Positions 1 through 8,748 are shown, counted from the stretch's first letter. The stretch is DNA of 39,385 bases from Candidatus Omnitrophota bacterium (GCA_030695725.1 JAUYPN010000032.1:1-39385), one strand, 5' to 3'. Notes: generated by a model not told the origin, from the sequence alone. Numbers and translations are program-made.

Positions 1-545
1 CTTTTTAAATAAGCATGAAGAGGCTTTATTTTTTTTGAAAGCATATATATATCAAACGCATCGCGCGCTTCCCTGCGGCCCTGCATAAATTGACGACCGA
101 CATCATCGACCTCTATTTTTGTGCCGGTAATAGTAGTTACCTTCTGCAGGTAAATGTTTTCCGCGCTATAGACACGAACGCCGCCTATTTTTTTTATATC
201 CGGCTCCTCAAAAAGCACATCTTCAACAAAATCAACCTTTACAGGGCGGTCCAATCCTTTAAAATACGCGCTGTAAAACCTGACCTTCGCGCGGCCGGTC
301 GCGATAAACTCATTCTCTAATTTTATTTTTATACTGCAGTATTTTTCAAATCCCGAGACTACAGATTCTATCTCTTTCTTGTCATATTCCGGCGAAAAAA
401 AGTCCAAATCCACAGAGAACCTGTGATGTAGATAATACAATTCCAGCGCCGTTCCTCCTGTTAAAGCAAAGTTTTTGGCATTTTTTGAAAACGCCTTCAA
501 AAGCTCTTTTTGCGCCTCTTTGATCTTTGATTGTTCTTTATCCAT
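1..545 (-). CDS. AbiEii/AbiGii-family nucleotidyltransferase toxin (type IV TA / abortive-infection type); C-terminus runs off the left edge
   Basis: My own translation of the minus strand from ATG at 545 (GAGG 6 nt upstream) gives MDKEQSKIKEAQKELLKAFSKNAKNFALTGGTALELYYLHHRFSVDLDFFSPEYDKKE... GGTAL plus RFSxDLDF are the N-terminal hallmark motifs of this toxin family. It is absent from the ORF track because it is open at the window edge. The 90..320 + ORF is its antisense shadow. Confidence 0.75.
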   Translation of the reverse strand, partial: MDKEQSKIKEAQKELLKAFSKNAKNFALTGGTALELYYLHHRFSVDLDFFSPEYDKKEIESVVSGFEKYCSIKIKLENEFIATGRAKVRFYSAYFKGLDRPVKVDFVEDVLFEEPDIKKIGGVRVYSAENIYLQKVTTITGTKIEVDDVGRQFMQGRREARDAFDIYMLSKKIKPLHAYLK

Positions 546-564
546 GCCGAGCCTCATAATAAAT

Positions 565-620
565 ATAGGTTATAACCTATTTCTGATATAGATTATAACC
601 TATAATATCACTGTTGTCAA
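565..620 (-). promoter_or_regulatory. sigma70-like promoter TTGACA-17-TATAAT overlapped by two 16-bp palindromic operator-like sites
   Basis: Read on the minus strand: TTGACA (615-620), 17-nt spacer, TATAAT (592-597). ATAGGTTATAACCTAT (565-580) is a perfect palindrome. ATAGATTATAACCTAT (588-603) differs at one base and covers the -10. The centres are 23 bp apart. Confidence 0.6.
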
Positions 621-648
621 GTGATGAAGCGCCTAGCCATCCTAACTT

Positions 649-1065
649 TTATTCGACTTTGTAGGAGAGGGATTTGAGGAGTTTTTTACCTAAGAATAGA
701 TCGACCTTATAAGAGCCCTGGGGCAGGGCCTTATCTTCGGGCATGGTGAGCGCGACGCTTCCCATGCCGTCTTTTTTGGGGATGTTGAAGTCGTAATCGA
801 GGATGGGGATGTCGTCAGTGATGTAGTGCCATTTCGCGCGGATCTGAGTATTGACTTTGGCGTCGCGCCATTTGAACCAGCAGGATACCTTGGATGCGCC
901 GGTTTGGAAGACGTCCATTACCCTTACCGGCAAGAGTTTGTCGTCAACATCAGTGACGACTTTTGCGTCAACTATCACTATATCTCTCTTTAAAAGAGAG
1001 CAGCCGCCGAGGCCTAAAAACGCGGCCAATAATAAGATCGTGACGATCCTTCTTTGAGACATCAT
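649..1065 (-). CDS. small lipoprotein, unknown function
   Basis: ORF track gives 649..1116. ATG at 1065 has GAAGGGG upstream and yields MMSQRRIVTILLLAAFLGLGGC, a signal peptide with lipobox L-G-G-C. Confidence 0.7.
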   Translation of the reverse strand: MMSQRRIVTILLLAAFLGLGGCSLLKRDIVIVDAKVVTDVDDKLLPVRVMDVFQTGASKVSCWFKWRDAKVNTQIRAKWHYITDDIPILDYDFNIPKKDGMGSVALTMPEDKALPQGSYKVDLFLGKKLLKSLSYKVE

Positions 1066-1087
1066 GAGCCCCTTCATAATTTCAATA

Positions 1088-1116
1088 AGTATACCATGTA
1101 AGACGGAGGCCAGCAA
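1088..1116 (-). promoter_or_regulatory. candidate promoter TTGCTG-17-TATACT for the lipoprotein gene
   Basis: Minus-strand TTGCTG (1111-1116), 17-nt spacer, TATACT (1088-1093), about 22 nt upstream of the ATG at 1065. Confidence 0.35.
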
Positions 1117-1131
1117 TATAAAGCGCCCAAT

Positions 1132-1183
1132 AAAAAGGGGTCAGACCCATTCACGGCTTAATAGACACGTTGGGTCAGACCCC
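1132..1183 (-). terminator. Rho-independent terminator after the TM-helix protein gene
   Basis: Minus strand GGGGTCTGACCCA (1171-1183) pairs with TGGGTCTGACCCC (1137-1149): 13-bp stem, one central T-T mismatch, 21-nt loop. It is followed by TTTTT (1132-1136) and starts 17 nt after the stop at 1201. Confidence 0.6.
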
Positions 1184-1200
1184 TCTATAGACTGCTATGC

Positions 1201-1875
1201 TTACTTTTTTATCTTGTCCAGCATCCCCTGCATCGCCTTTGCGGCAATATCCTTGCATCCTAAGCCGAAAGCGAGCGCCGCGCCCAATCCCACCGCCGCC
1301 AATATTATATTGACCGCGAAGGCTATGAATGCGGTCGCTATATTAAGCTGCTCAATAGCTATTATAACCGCGAATACGATAAGGATCGTCTGCGTGATCT
1401 TCGCGAGCAGTTTCGCGTTCCCTATTCCCGCGTTGCTTACCGTGGTGCGGACCACTCCGGCAACAAAGGTCGCCAAAAACGATCCCAGCACAAGCACAAA
1501 TATCGCGACTATTATATTCGGAATGTAGGCGACTAATCTCGATAACAGATCTCCCGCGACAGTCAGGTTCATAGCGCTGAGAGCGGACGCCAAAATCGAC
1601 AGCACGATCACCCAGTATACGATCACGCCTATGAGTTCGGATAGTGTCAGCTTTATGTCACCCTGCGCCAGCATATTGGCAAGGCCTGCCTTATCGCTTA
1701 CTACATCTAAGCGGACAGCCTTTAATGCTCTTACGACTATCGCCTCAACGAATTTGGCCACGATCCAACCAATAACCAATATCGCGATCGCGCCTAAAAT
1801 GGTAGGAACATAACTCCCTATTTTGACTAACATTGCCTTTACAGGATCGGCAACTATTAAAGTCAACTGGTTCAT
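1201..1875 (-). CDS. multi-pass membrane protein with conserved-TM-helix repeats (MscS N-terminal-like)
   Basis: ORF track gives 1201..1878 (GTG). ATG at 1875 lies 7 nt after GGAGG. The product is highly hydrophobic, with repeated helix pairs (GSYVPTILGAIAILVIGWIVAKFV..., LVAYIPNIIVAIFVLVLGSFLATFV...). Confidence 0.7.
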   Translation of the reverse strand: MNQLTLIVADPVKAMLVKIGSYVPTILGAIAILVIGWIVAKFVEAIVVRALKAVRLDVVSDKAGLANMLAQGDIKLTLSELIGVIVYWVIVLSILASALSAMNLTVAGDLLSRLVAYIPNIIVAIFVLVLGSFLATFVAGVVRTTVSNAGIGNAKLLAKITQTILIVFAVIIAIEQLNIATAFIAFAVNIILAAVGLGAALAFGLGCKDIAAKAMQGMLDKIKK

Positions 1876-1941
1876 CACGCCACCTCCCTTTCTTATACTT
1901 TAATGATATAAATACAACCAACACACCCCAGTATTAAGATA

Positions 1942-1969
1942 ATTCTACCATAGAAATTGATTTTTGCAA
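1942..1969 (-). promoter_or_regulatory. candidate promoter TTGCAA-16-(TGG)TAGAAT
   Basis: Minus strand TTGCAA (1964-1969), 16-nt spacer ending in TG-n (extended -10), TAGAAT (1942-1947). It sits upstream of the membrane protein gene. Confidence 0.4.
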
Positions 1970-1985
1970 GTGTTTGGAGAAAATA

Positions 1986-4900
1986 TTACCCGCACTTTGA
2001 ATAGCCGCAGGACTTACATACCATGCAGCCTTCTATGTGCCAGAGAGCTCCGCCGCAATCGGGACAGACCCCTACTATGTTCCCTGCCTTCTTCATAGTC
2101 CCTGTCTTTGGACTGCCGCCTGAAGCATCCGGCTGCGGTGAGTCTGTGGTTGTTTCGCTTGTGCTGACGGTGTTGTTGTTATTATTGGGGGTTTTCTTAT
2201 TCTTAGTATCCTGCGCCCTCTGTTCGATAGCCCGGGCTATCGCGTCACTGCACGAGAATATCCTTCCGCCCTTTTCCCAGCTGGGCGAAGGACAGCGTAT
2301 TCCGCGAAGCTGTTCGACTATGGATTCCACCTCTATGCCGCTGCGTAACGCCAGAGATACGAGGCGCCCTATCGCCTCTAACTGGCTCATGGCGCACCCG
2401 CCGGCCTTTCCCATATGCATGAATACCTCGAAAGGCTGGCTCTCTCCGTCTTCATTTATGGTTATATAGAGGTTGCCGCATCCTGTCGCGATCTTGGTGG
2501 TCGTTCCCACTATCACCGGCGGCCTCGGGCGCGGGCTTATCTTGACCCTTGTTTGGGTTTTTTGCTGTCCCTTAGTATCATCAGAAGGTATATTCAATAC
2601 CTGTTCATTGCGCGACTTGTCGCGGTATATGGTGACACCTTTGCATCCGCTCTTATAGGCCAGCATATAGATCGTCCTGACATCCTCTAAAGTGGCTTCG
2701 GACGGCAGATTGACAGTCTTTGAAACGGCGTTGTTCGTGTACTTCTGGAACGCGGCCTGCATCCTTATGTGCCATATGGCCTCTATGTCATGCGCGGTGA
2801 CGAAGAGCTCCTGCACATCGGCCGGCACTTCGGGCACGCCGTGTATCGAGCCCTTCTGAGCGATAAGGCTCATCGTCTCCGGCTTGTAGAAACCTCTTCT
2901 TTCGGCCACCTCCTGGAAATACGGATGCGCTTCTATCATCTTCGTATTATCCATGATGTTCCTTATATAGGTAATGGCGAATACGGGCTCGATGCCGCTT
3001 GAAGAGTTCGCGATTATCGAGAGCGTTCCGGTGGGGGCTATTGTAGTAAGGGTCGCGTTCCTTAAAGGCTTGGCGCTCTTTTTATCATATATGCTTCCTT
3101 TAAAGTTGGGGAACGCGCCCCTCTCTTTTGCCAGGGCCTCAGAGGCGCGGCGCGAGGTATACAGTATGAATTTCATCAGCTTTTCCGCCAGAGCGATCGC
3201 TTCTTCCGAGTCATATCTTATGCCCATCATGAGGAGCATGTCCGCAAACCCCATGACCCCGAGCCCGATCTTCCTGTTAGACTTCGTCATCTCGTCTATC
3301 TTCTTTATCGGATACAAATTCATGTCTATGACATTATCAAGAAAGTGTACCGATTTCTCGATTATTCCGGAAAGTTTATCCCAATCTATTTTTTTATCTT
3401 CGGTAACCATCTTCGCGAGATTTACGGAACCGAGGTTGCAGCTTTCATACGGCAAAAGAGGTTGCTCGCCGCAATTAGAAATACATAACCCATTACAAAT
3501 AAAGGAGCTAGAACAAGGTTCAGTTAAATCGTATACCTCCTCCTCTTTATTTTTTTCTACGCTCTTAATGCCTTCTAAAAATTCAGTCGAATAATACTGT
3601 TTAGTATAAAAATCTTTAATCTTTATACTATGTTTACCGCATAGAAAACCTATTTTATCAAGGAAATCCATAACAACATCTCTTGAAATCTCTAACTCAA
3701 AACAAATGCCATCTAATAAATAATTTCTCAAAACACCTGATTTCGAAGTATATTCGAATCCACGCCTTTCTTTTCTCGTTCTGTTGTATATTCTGGATTT
3801 TATTCCCATATTTAATAATAATATCTGCACGCCTTTTAAGAGCTTTTTGGATTTAGAAGTTAGCCTAACGTAAGAAGATTGGCCTGTCCTAAAATTAACT
3901 GTCCCATCCGCTGTAAATAAGCCCTGCAAAAATCCCGCCACAGCATCTTCTGTAGCTGTAAATATTGATTCCGGAACCTCTTTTTCATCCGCCTGCCACG
4001 GCTTCACTCCCAATTGCCTGAAGAAATCTACAAAGTACTTGCTGTGATACGACAAATGATATACGCCATTTTCCCTTACAACTTCTTTGACAGATAAGCC
4101 ATAGAATGTATTCATGACGTACTTAAGATAGGTAAGGATTTCTTCGTCTTGAGCGCTGAATGTTAATCCGATTCTGCAGTCTTTGTCTCCACCCCTAAGC
4201 CAACCGTCGCCTATTATATAGCCAACCGCCTGACCGAGCTGCCGTGTCCATCTATCCGGAAGATTCAATTTATACGTTTGTCCATTATCTCCTATATATT
4301 CATTTTTTACCTCAAATGGAAGCTTGCTATCCGGATTAAATCTTCCTTCACCGGACTGGATTAGTATTTTGTGGAAACCCGGCTTTAAATTTCTCATCAT
4401 GACCCATCCGCCTGTGGTCATTATCTTATGATCGGGCGTCGCAGTAATCTCATAGCCCGATTCTGTAGTAAGTTTCAGTGTTTCTTTGACACCAGATTTC
4501 CAGGCCTTTGATATAGTACTCAAGCCTACGCCCTGCTTGATTAAAGTCGACGCTGATCCTTCACTGCCGGATAGCGCTTCATATTTAATCTGAAGCACCC
4601 TGTCATCAGTAAGGACAGCTATGCCTCCATCGGAAAATTTCTTCGCGACATCCTTCATTCTCATGAGACCAAATTCTGTTGATATAAGCGATTCCCCGGA
4701 GATACATGGGTTCGTGGATTCGATCTGGCCCACCTTGGGCGTTGGATTATCTTTGTTAACTCTATCGATAAATATTATACCCGGTTCGCCGTTCTTCCAC
4801 GCCATCTGAATGATCATGTCGAAAACTTTTTTGGCGTTCATCTTCTGGACGGATTTTTTAGTTTTTGGGTCGATCAGATCATAATCTTCGCCGGCAAGAG

Positions 4901-6833
4901 CCTTCTTCATGAACTCTTCGGTGAGCGCCACGGATATGTTGAAGTTCGTTATATCTTTGTCGTTCTCTTTGCAGGAGATGAATTCGAGAATATCCGGATG
5001 GTCCACGCGCAATATTCCCATGTTAGCACCTCGACGAGTTCCGCCTTGAATTACAGCCTGGGTCGCGGCGTTAAATACCCTCATGAACGAGACCGGGCCG
5101 CTCGATACTCCGCCGGTGGAGCGCACTGGAGAGTTCTTCGCCCTCAGCCTCGAAAAACTGAACCCCGTCCCCCCTCCGGAATTATGGGTGATGAATCCGT
5201 TGGCTAAGTACGTATGCCTGCTGCGAACCGTGATATCATACGTGTCTCTTATCCCTAACGGGCTGACATCGGCAACCCTGGCAAAAAAGTATCCCTTATT
5301 TAAAAGGGTTTTCAGGAATTGCGGGCAGATCATCTTTTTATCCAGCACGGAAACGATTCTTTGTCTTGTTATCTCTCTCAGGTCCGATGGCCTGTTTATA
5401 ATATCTTCAAAATTAGAGCGGGCGTCGCGCCTGTCCCCAAAGCTGTCCAATTTTTCATACCATTCTTTGATCGGGATCCTCTGATTGGGAATGGCTTCCC
5501 CTCTTTTAAAGATCTCATTATGGTCAACCATGCATAATCTTGCCCGCTGTCTGGCAAGGAGAAACCCTATTTTTTTCTCAAATTTGATAAATCCTTCCTT
5601 CGCGCATATGGAGACCTGATAGCTGTCTGTGCAGTTTTGATAGCTCCTGCGGGTTGGTATACCGATGTAAAACATCAAAGACTGTAATTCTTCTGAAAGC
5701 GCTTTGGAAGCGGTCGACAGTGTTATGTGGCCGCTCTCTCTGATACAGCCGTCGGTGGAAAAGAGCCCTCTTAAAAACGCGCAGACGATATCTTCATCAG
5801 CCTTAAAAATAATTTCCGGGATACGCGCTTCTCTTGAAGAAAGTTTGGTGAAGCCCAGAAAGGCGAACCATGCCTTTATCATCACGCTCAGGATGCCTAC
5901 CTCATACCCCTTACCTGATTTGTGGGCAATTGTAGCTTTTTTATTAAAGACGGTTTTTGATAAATTCCCTATGATCCTGACCATCTCTATATCATCCGGC
6001 CCGACAGAAAATCTTATTCCGTCTCTGTGGTTCGATCCGTCGCCTGTATAAATCCCCACCAATTCCGCTAATTCACGGGTCAACTCAATAGGCAGATCTA
6101 TCTCCCGCGCTTTGAAACACCCGGAATTTAACTGCTTCTTCTTTTTATATTTAAAATCGGGCAGGCGCCTGTTCCCTCCGTGTAGTTTTTCGCATGGTTT
6201 CATCGCGACCCAATCGCCCTTATCGAGCTCCCCTATCTCGCGCCAGATAAACTCTCCGTTATCGTTCACGACTAAAAGCTTGTGTTCCGCCGTCCCCTTT
6301 ATCGTGTAGCCTCTGTCCGTCGAAACTTCATAAACAATCTGCTGCTTATTTTTATAAACTCCCTCTATTTTAAAATAACCTTCATCAGTCAGAATGGCGG
6401 CGCCGGTTTTCAGCTCATCCAGGCGTTTCATTCCGTCTTTTGTCGAGACGAGCGTTTCCGGAACAAGGCATTTATGAATTATGGCGGTATCTTTGATCGT
6501 TTCGAAGATCGCTTCCATCGAATCTTCTATCGGCAGGACAAAACACGCGGATAGCTGCTGCAGGTCGCGGCCCGCGTTCATGAGCGTCGGCGAGTTCGGC
6601 AAAAATTCGAGCCGCGCCATCATATCAAAAAATTCTTCCTCCGCCTTTTTTATATCCGCTTCGCTCTTACCGTAATATGAGTCCGCTGTAGCTATGTTCT
6701 TCGCGACGCGCCGGAATAATTCCTCCGGCGTCTCGATCAGCTTACCGGATGCGTCCTTCTTCAGGTATCTCTTCTCGAGAACCTTCATCGCGTTCGCCGA
6801 CAATTCCTTATTCACGTCCGCTTTACCGCCCAT
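1986..6833 (-). CDS. nrdJ: class II (adenosylcobalamin-dependent) ribonucleotide reductase, interrupted by two inteins
   Basis: 1615-aa ORF. Removing residues 122-551 and 710-1120 restores the class II RNR motifs ...AIIHK/SGGGTGFSFSRLR... and ...ESTNP/CGEQPLLPYESCNLGS... The C-terminus carries a Cys-rich ribbon, CPDCGG...CMVCKSCGYSKCG. The combined extein is 774 aa. Confidence 0.95.
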   Translation of the reverse strand: MGGKADVNKELSANAMKVLEKRYLKKDASGKLIETPEELFRRVAKNIATADSYYGKSEADIKKAEEEFFDMMARLEFLPNSPTLMNAGRDLQQLSACFVLPIEDSMEAIFETIKDTAIIHKCLVPETLVSTKDGMKRLDELKTGAAILTDEGYFKIEGVYKNKQQIVYEVSTDRGYTIKGTAEHKLLVVNDNGEFIWREIGELDKGDWVAMKPCEKLHGGNRRLPDFKYKKKKQLNSGCFKAREIDLPIELTRELAELVGIYTGDGSNHRDGIRFSVGPDDIEMVRIIGNLSKTVFNKKATIAHKSGKGYEVGILSVMIKAWFAFLGFTKLSSREARIPEIIFKADEDIVCAFLRGLFSTDGCIRESGHITLSTASKALSEELQSLMFYIGIPTRRSYQNCTDSYQVSICAKEGFIKFEKKIGFLLARQRARLCMVDHNEIFKRGEAIPNQRIPIKEWYEKLDSFGDRRDARSNFEDIINRPSDLREITRQRIVSVLDKKMICPQFLKTLLNKGYFFARVADVSPLGIRDTYDITVRSRHTYLANGFITHNSGGGTGFSFSRLRAKNSPVRSTGGVSSGPVSFMRVFNAATQAVIQGGTRRGANMGILRVDHPDILEFISCKENDKDITNFNISVALTEEFMKKALAGEDYDLIDPKTKKSVQKMNAKKVFDMIIQMAWKNGEPGIIFIDRVNKDNPTPKVGQIESTNPCISGESLISTEFGLMRMKDVAKKFSDGGIAVLTDDRVLQIKYEALSGSEGSASTLIKQGVGLSTISKAWKSGVKETLKLTTESGYEITATPDHKIMTTGGWVMMRNLKPGFHKILIQSGEGRFNPDSKLPFEVKNEYIGDNGQTYKLNLPDRWTRQLGQAVGYIIGDGWLRGGDKDCRIGLTFSAQDEEILTYLKYVMNTFYGLSVKEVVRENGVYHLSYHSKYFVDFFRQLGVKPWQADEKEVPESIFTATEDAVAGFLQGLFTADGTVNFRTGQSSYVRLTSKSKKLLKGVQILLLNMGIKSRIYNRTRKERRGFEYTSKSGVLRNYLLDGICFELEISRDVVMDFLDKIGFLCGKHSIKIKDFYTKQYYSTEFLEGIKSVEKNKEEEVYDLTEPCSSSFICNGLCISNCGEQPLLPYESCNLGSVNLAKMVTEDKKIDWDKLSGIIEKSVHFLDNVIDMNLYPIKKIDEMTKSNRKIGLGVMGFADMLLMMGIRYDSEEAIALAEKLMKFILYTSRRASEALAKERGAFPNFKGSIYDKKSAKPLRNATLTTIAPTGTLSIIANSSSGIEPVFAITYIRNIMDNTKMIEAHPYFQEVAERRGFYKPETMSLIAQKGSIHGVPEVPADVQELFVTAHDIEAIWHIRMQAAFQKYTNNAVSKTVNLPSEATLEDVRTIYMLAYKSGCKGVTIYRDKSRNEQVLNIPSDDTKGQQKTQTRVKISPRPRPPVIVGTTTKIATGCGNLYITINEDGESQPFEVFMHMGKAGGCAMSQLEAIGRLVSLALRSGIEVESIVEQLRGIRCPSPSWEKGGRIFSCSDAIARAIEQRAQDTKNKKTPNNNNNTVSTSETTTDSPQPDASGGSPKTGTMKKAGNIVGVCPDCGGALWHIEGCMVCKSCGYSKCG
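3474..4706 (-). mobile_element. intein 2 (411 aa) with LAGLIDADG homing-endonuclease domain
   Basis: Starts CISGESLI, has block B TPDHKIM, and ends ...GLCISN followed by Cys+1 of CGEQ. LAGLIDADG motifs are LGQAVGYIIGDGWL and AGFLQGLFTADGT. Boundary codons were checked (aca at 4704-4706, att at 3474-3476). It is visibly more AT-rich than the flanking extein. Confidence 0.9.
5181..6470 (-). mobile_element. intein 1 (430 aa) with LAGLIDADG homing-endonuclease domain
   Basis: Starts with Cys (CLVPETLV), has a TxxH block (TAEHKLL), and ends ...GFITHN followed by Ser+1. Two LAGLIDADG-type motifs are present (LAELVGIYTGDGS, AFLRGLFSTDGC). Boundary codons were checked on the sequence (gca at 6468-6470, att at 5181-5183). 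Confidence 0.9.
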
Positions 6834-6892
6834 TTTACGCCGCCTCCTCTATTTATAAATAATATCTATCCGTTCATATTAATGCTTCAGAA

Positions 6893-6973
6893 AGTATATC
6901 ATAATTGCGAAGCAAGTCAAGAGAAAACACTATATATTGTGGTTTTTTTATGCGGCAGCACAATTAGTAGTGG
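6893..6973 (-). promoter_or_regulatory. nrdJ promoter (TTGACT-16-TGaTATACT) with two NrdR-box-like palindromes upstream
   Basis: The -35 is at 6915-6920 and the -10 at 6893-6898. Box 1 (6927-6942, ACACTATATATTGTGG) is a close match to the NrdR consensus acaCwAtATaTwGtgt. Box 2 (6958-6973, GCACAATTAGTAGTGG) is weaker, about 11 of 16. Centre-to-centre distance is 31 bp, the usual tandem-box spacing. Confidence 0.6.
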
Positions 6974-6993
6974 TAGGAAGGCCGTATTCTATC

Positions 6994-7203
6994 TTATTTT
7001 TTTGAAGAGATCTCGTCTTTTATTTCGCTAAAAGCCGCTATCACGGCTATCGCTCCGCCCAATATGAAGACTAACGGCAGAGAGCCTCTCAGCACCGTGA
7101 GTAGATCGCCCCACCAGGAGATCAACCCCTTAAGCCCGAGAAGCACCGCGATGACCCCGATAACTATACCCAAGTATTTACTCATCACATTAGAATCTAT
7201 CAT
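6994..7203 (-). CDS. small two-helix membrane protein
   Basis: 69-aa ORF with two hydrophobic helices (YLGIVIGVIAVLLGL, LPLVFILGGAIAVIAAF). It is co-directional with and just downstream of the GT2 gene. Confidence 0.55.
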   Translation of the reverse strand: MIDSNVMSKYLGIVIGVIAVLLGLKGLISWWGDLLTVLRGSLPLVFILGGAIAVIAAFSEIKDEISSKK

Positions 7204-7236
7204 AAATCTTTTCTCAATGCAAGAAAAAACACAATC

Positions 7237-8748
7237 CTAGTTCGTCGTTATTTCGTGCCGGATCTTTTCCGTAACGTGAAAATGCATATATTTGCCGAGC
7301 ATGAGCCGCGTCTGCGCGTCTATGGCCGGCGTCGACCCCACGAACGCCGCCAATAGAGGCGCCAGGAGCCATTGAGTGAACATGACGAGCTTCTTCTGGC
7401 GCTTGACGTCCCTGGGCCTCGGCGGCAGGAGCTTTATGCTCATGAGCATGCATATAAATAAGGTGATCGTCGTGATCCTGAAGAGCGCGGCCGCGACGCT
7501 CGGGAGCGAATACCCCATAGTCGTCTGCCTGAAGATGCCGCCGCCGAATATCAGCGGCAGGGGCGCTATGAATGTCACGATGATGGCCCACACGGCCCAC
7601 GTATAATGGCTCTCGAAGAGATGGAAGCCGCGGCGTATCTTCTTAAAGAGCGGTATCTTTTTATTCTTCATGAACCCCATCATGAGATACGGGAAGTTCT
7701 CCACCCCCCACGCCCAGCGGCGCTTCTGTTTATACTGCTTTACTATCGTGGGGATTATCGCCTTCTCCGTGGCGACGTCGAGAGAGACGGTCACATACAT
7801 CGGTATCACGGAATAGTCCCCGTCGAAATGGAGGAAGCATTTCCAGTATATGACGGAATCGTCCGAGATCATATCGACAGGCCAGTATCCCACGTCCACG
7901 AGCGTCTTAAAGCTCATGCTGTGGCTTGAGAACGTGACGAACTTCTCTAATCTCATCGTCTCTATCATCTGCATGAAACTCGAGCCGAGCTCTATAACAC
8001 GGGCTATCGAGCGCGCGTACCATATATTATTGTTGTAGACGGGTATCGGCTGATAGCTTGAGCGCGTCCTCTTCGGATTAGTTATATAATGGTAGGTAAG
8101 GCAGGCGAAGTACTCCCGCTCGGCGCAGGTATCGGCGTCAAAGCACGACATGATTACATGCTCATGGTCTATTCTTTTTGAATCCACGAACTCACCTATG
8201 ACCACGGCGCCCCACGTGGCGTTCGCGCCCTTGGTCCTGGCTTCACCCTTTAAACCATCCGGATGCCTCGTTACGATAAACTCAAAAAACGCATCCTTAA
8301 ATCTTCTCTGAAGCTCTTTCGCGTTCTCCCAATAGGCATCGCCGGCCCTCTCCTCGATGGTGAGCGCCACTATCATCTTCTTTTTGTCATAATTGGAATC
8401 AATAAGCGCGTTTATTGACGCTGCCAGGACCTCCGGGCCCTCCTTGTAGGCCGGGAATAGTACGGCGTGGTATACGCTGTTGTAATTTAACGAGTTCAGG
8501 CCCTCGAGTGATTTACACCTTTTGAGCCAATCTATTTTCTTCTCCGCATTGAGCCTCCTGTAAGCGAAGACGAGCAGAGTCGTAAAATAGCCGACGCGTA
8601 TCACCCAATAAAGATCGAAGCATATTACGAAGACCGCGACCCACAGAGGTCTAAATACGGAAAATATTATGAGCCCCAGGATCGTAGACCATGTCATGAG
8701 CCCCGGCACTATCTCGAAGAACCTGCGAAGCCTCTCATCTTTTCTCAT
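7237..8748 (-). CDS. membrane-embedded family-2 glycosyltransferase (processive synthase type)
   Basis: 503 aa with N-terminal and C-terminal TM helices around a catalytic domain. Motifs: CFDADT (DxD), ISDDS, and QKRRWAWG (QxxRW). Confidence 0.8.
   Translation of the reverse strand: MRKDERLRRFFEIVPGLMTWSTILGLIIFSVFRPLWVAVFVICFDLYWVIRVGYFTTLLVFAYRRLNAEKKIDWLKRCKSLEGLNSLNYNSVYHAVLFPAYKEGPEVLAASINALIDSNYDKKKMIVALTIEERAGDAYWENAKELQRRFKDAFFEFIVTRHPDGLKGEARTKGANATWGAVVIGEFVDSKRIDHEHVIMSCFDADTCAEREYFACLTYHYITNPKRTRSSYQPIPVYNNNIWYARSIARVIELGSSFMQMIETMRLEKFVTFSSHSMSFKTLVDVGYWPVDMISDDSVIYWKCFLHFDGDYSVIPMYVTVSLDVATEKAIIPTIVKQYKQKRRWAWGVENFPYLMMGFMKNKKIPLFKKIRRGFHLFESHYTWAVWAIIVTFIAPLPLIFGGGIFRQTTMGYSLPSVAAALFRITTITLFICMLMSIKLLPPRPRDVKRQKKLVMFTQWLLAPLLAAFVGSTPAIDAQTRLMLGKYMHFHVTEKIRHEITTN

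Noticed and set aside
1137-1183. Two copies of GGGTCAGACCC as a protein-binding direct repeat
   Set aside because: The two copies pair with each other into a 13-bp stem followed by a T-run on the coding (minus) strand. This is more simply an intrinsic terminator.
2023-6675. About fifteen plus-strand ORFs (60-206 aa) inside the nrdJ region
   Set aside because: All are antisense shadows of a 1615-aa ORF with unmistakable RNR and intein motifs. They have low-complexity, non-protein-like sequences and no RBS.
7214-7600. 128-aa Arg/His/Ala-rich ORF overlapping the 3' part of the GT2 gene on the same strand
   Set aside because: It is an alternative frame of a well-supported GT2 ORF. Its composition is typical of an out-of-frame reading.
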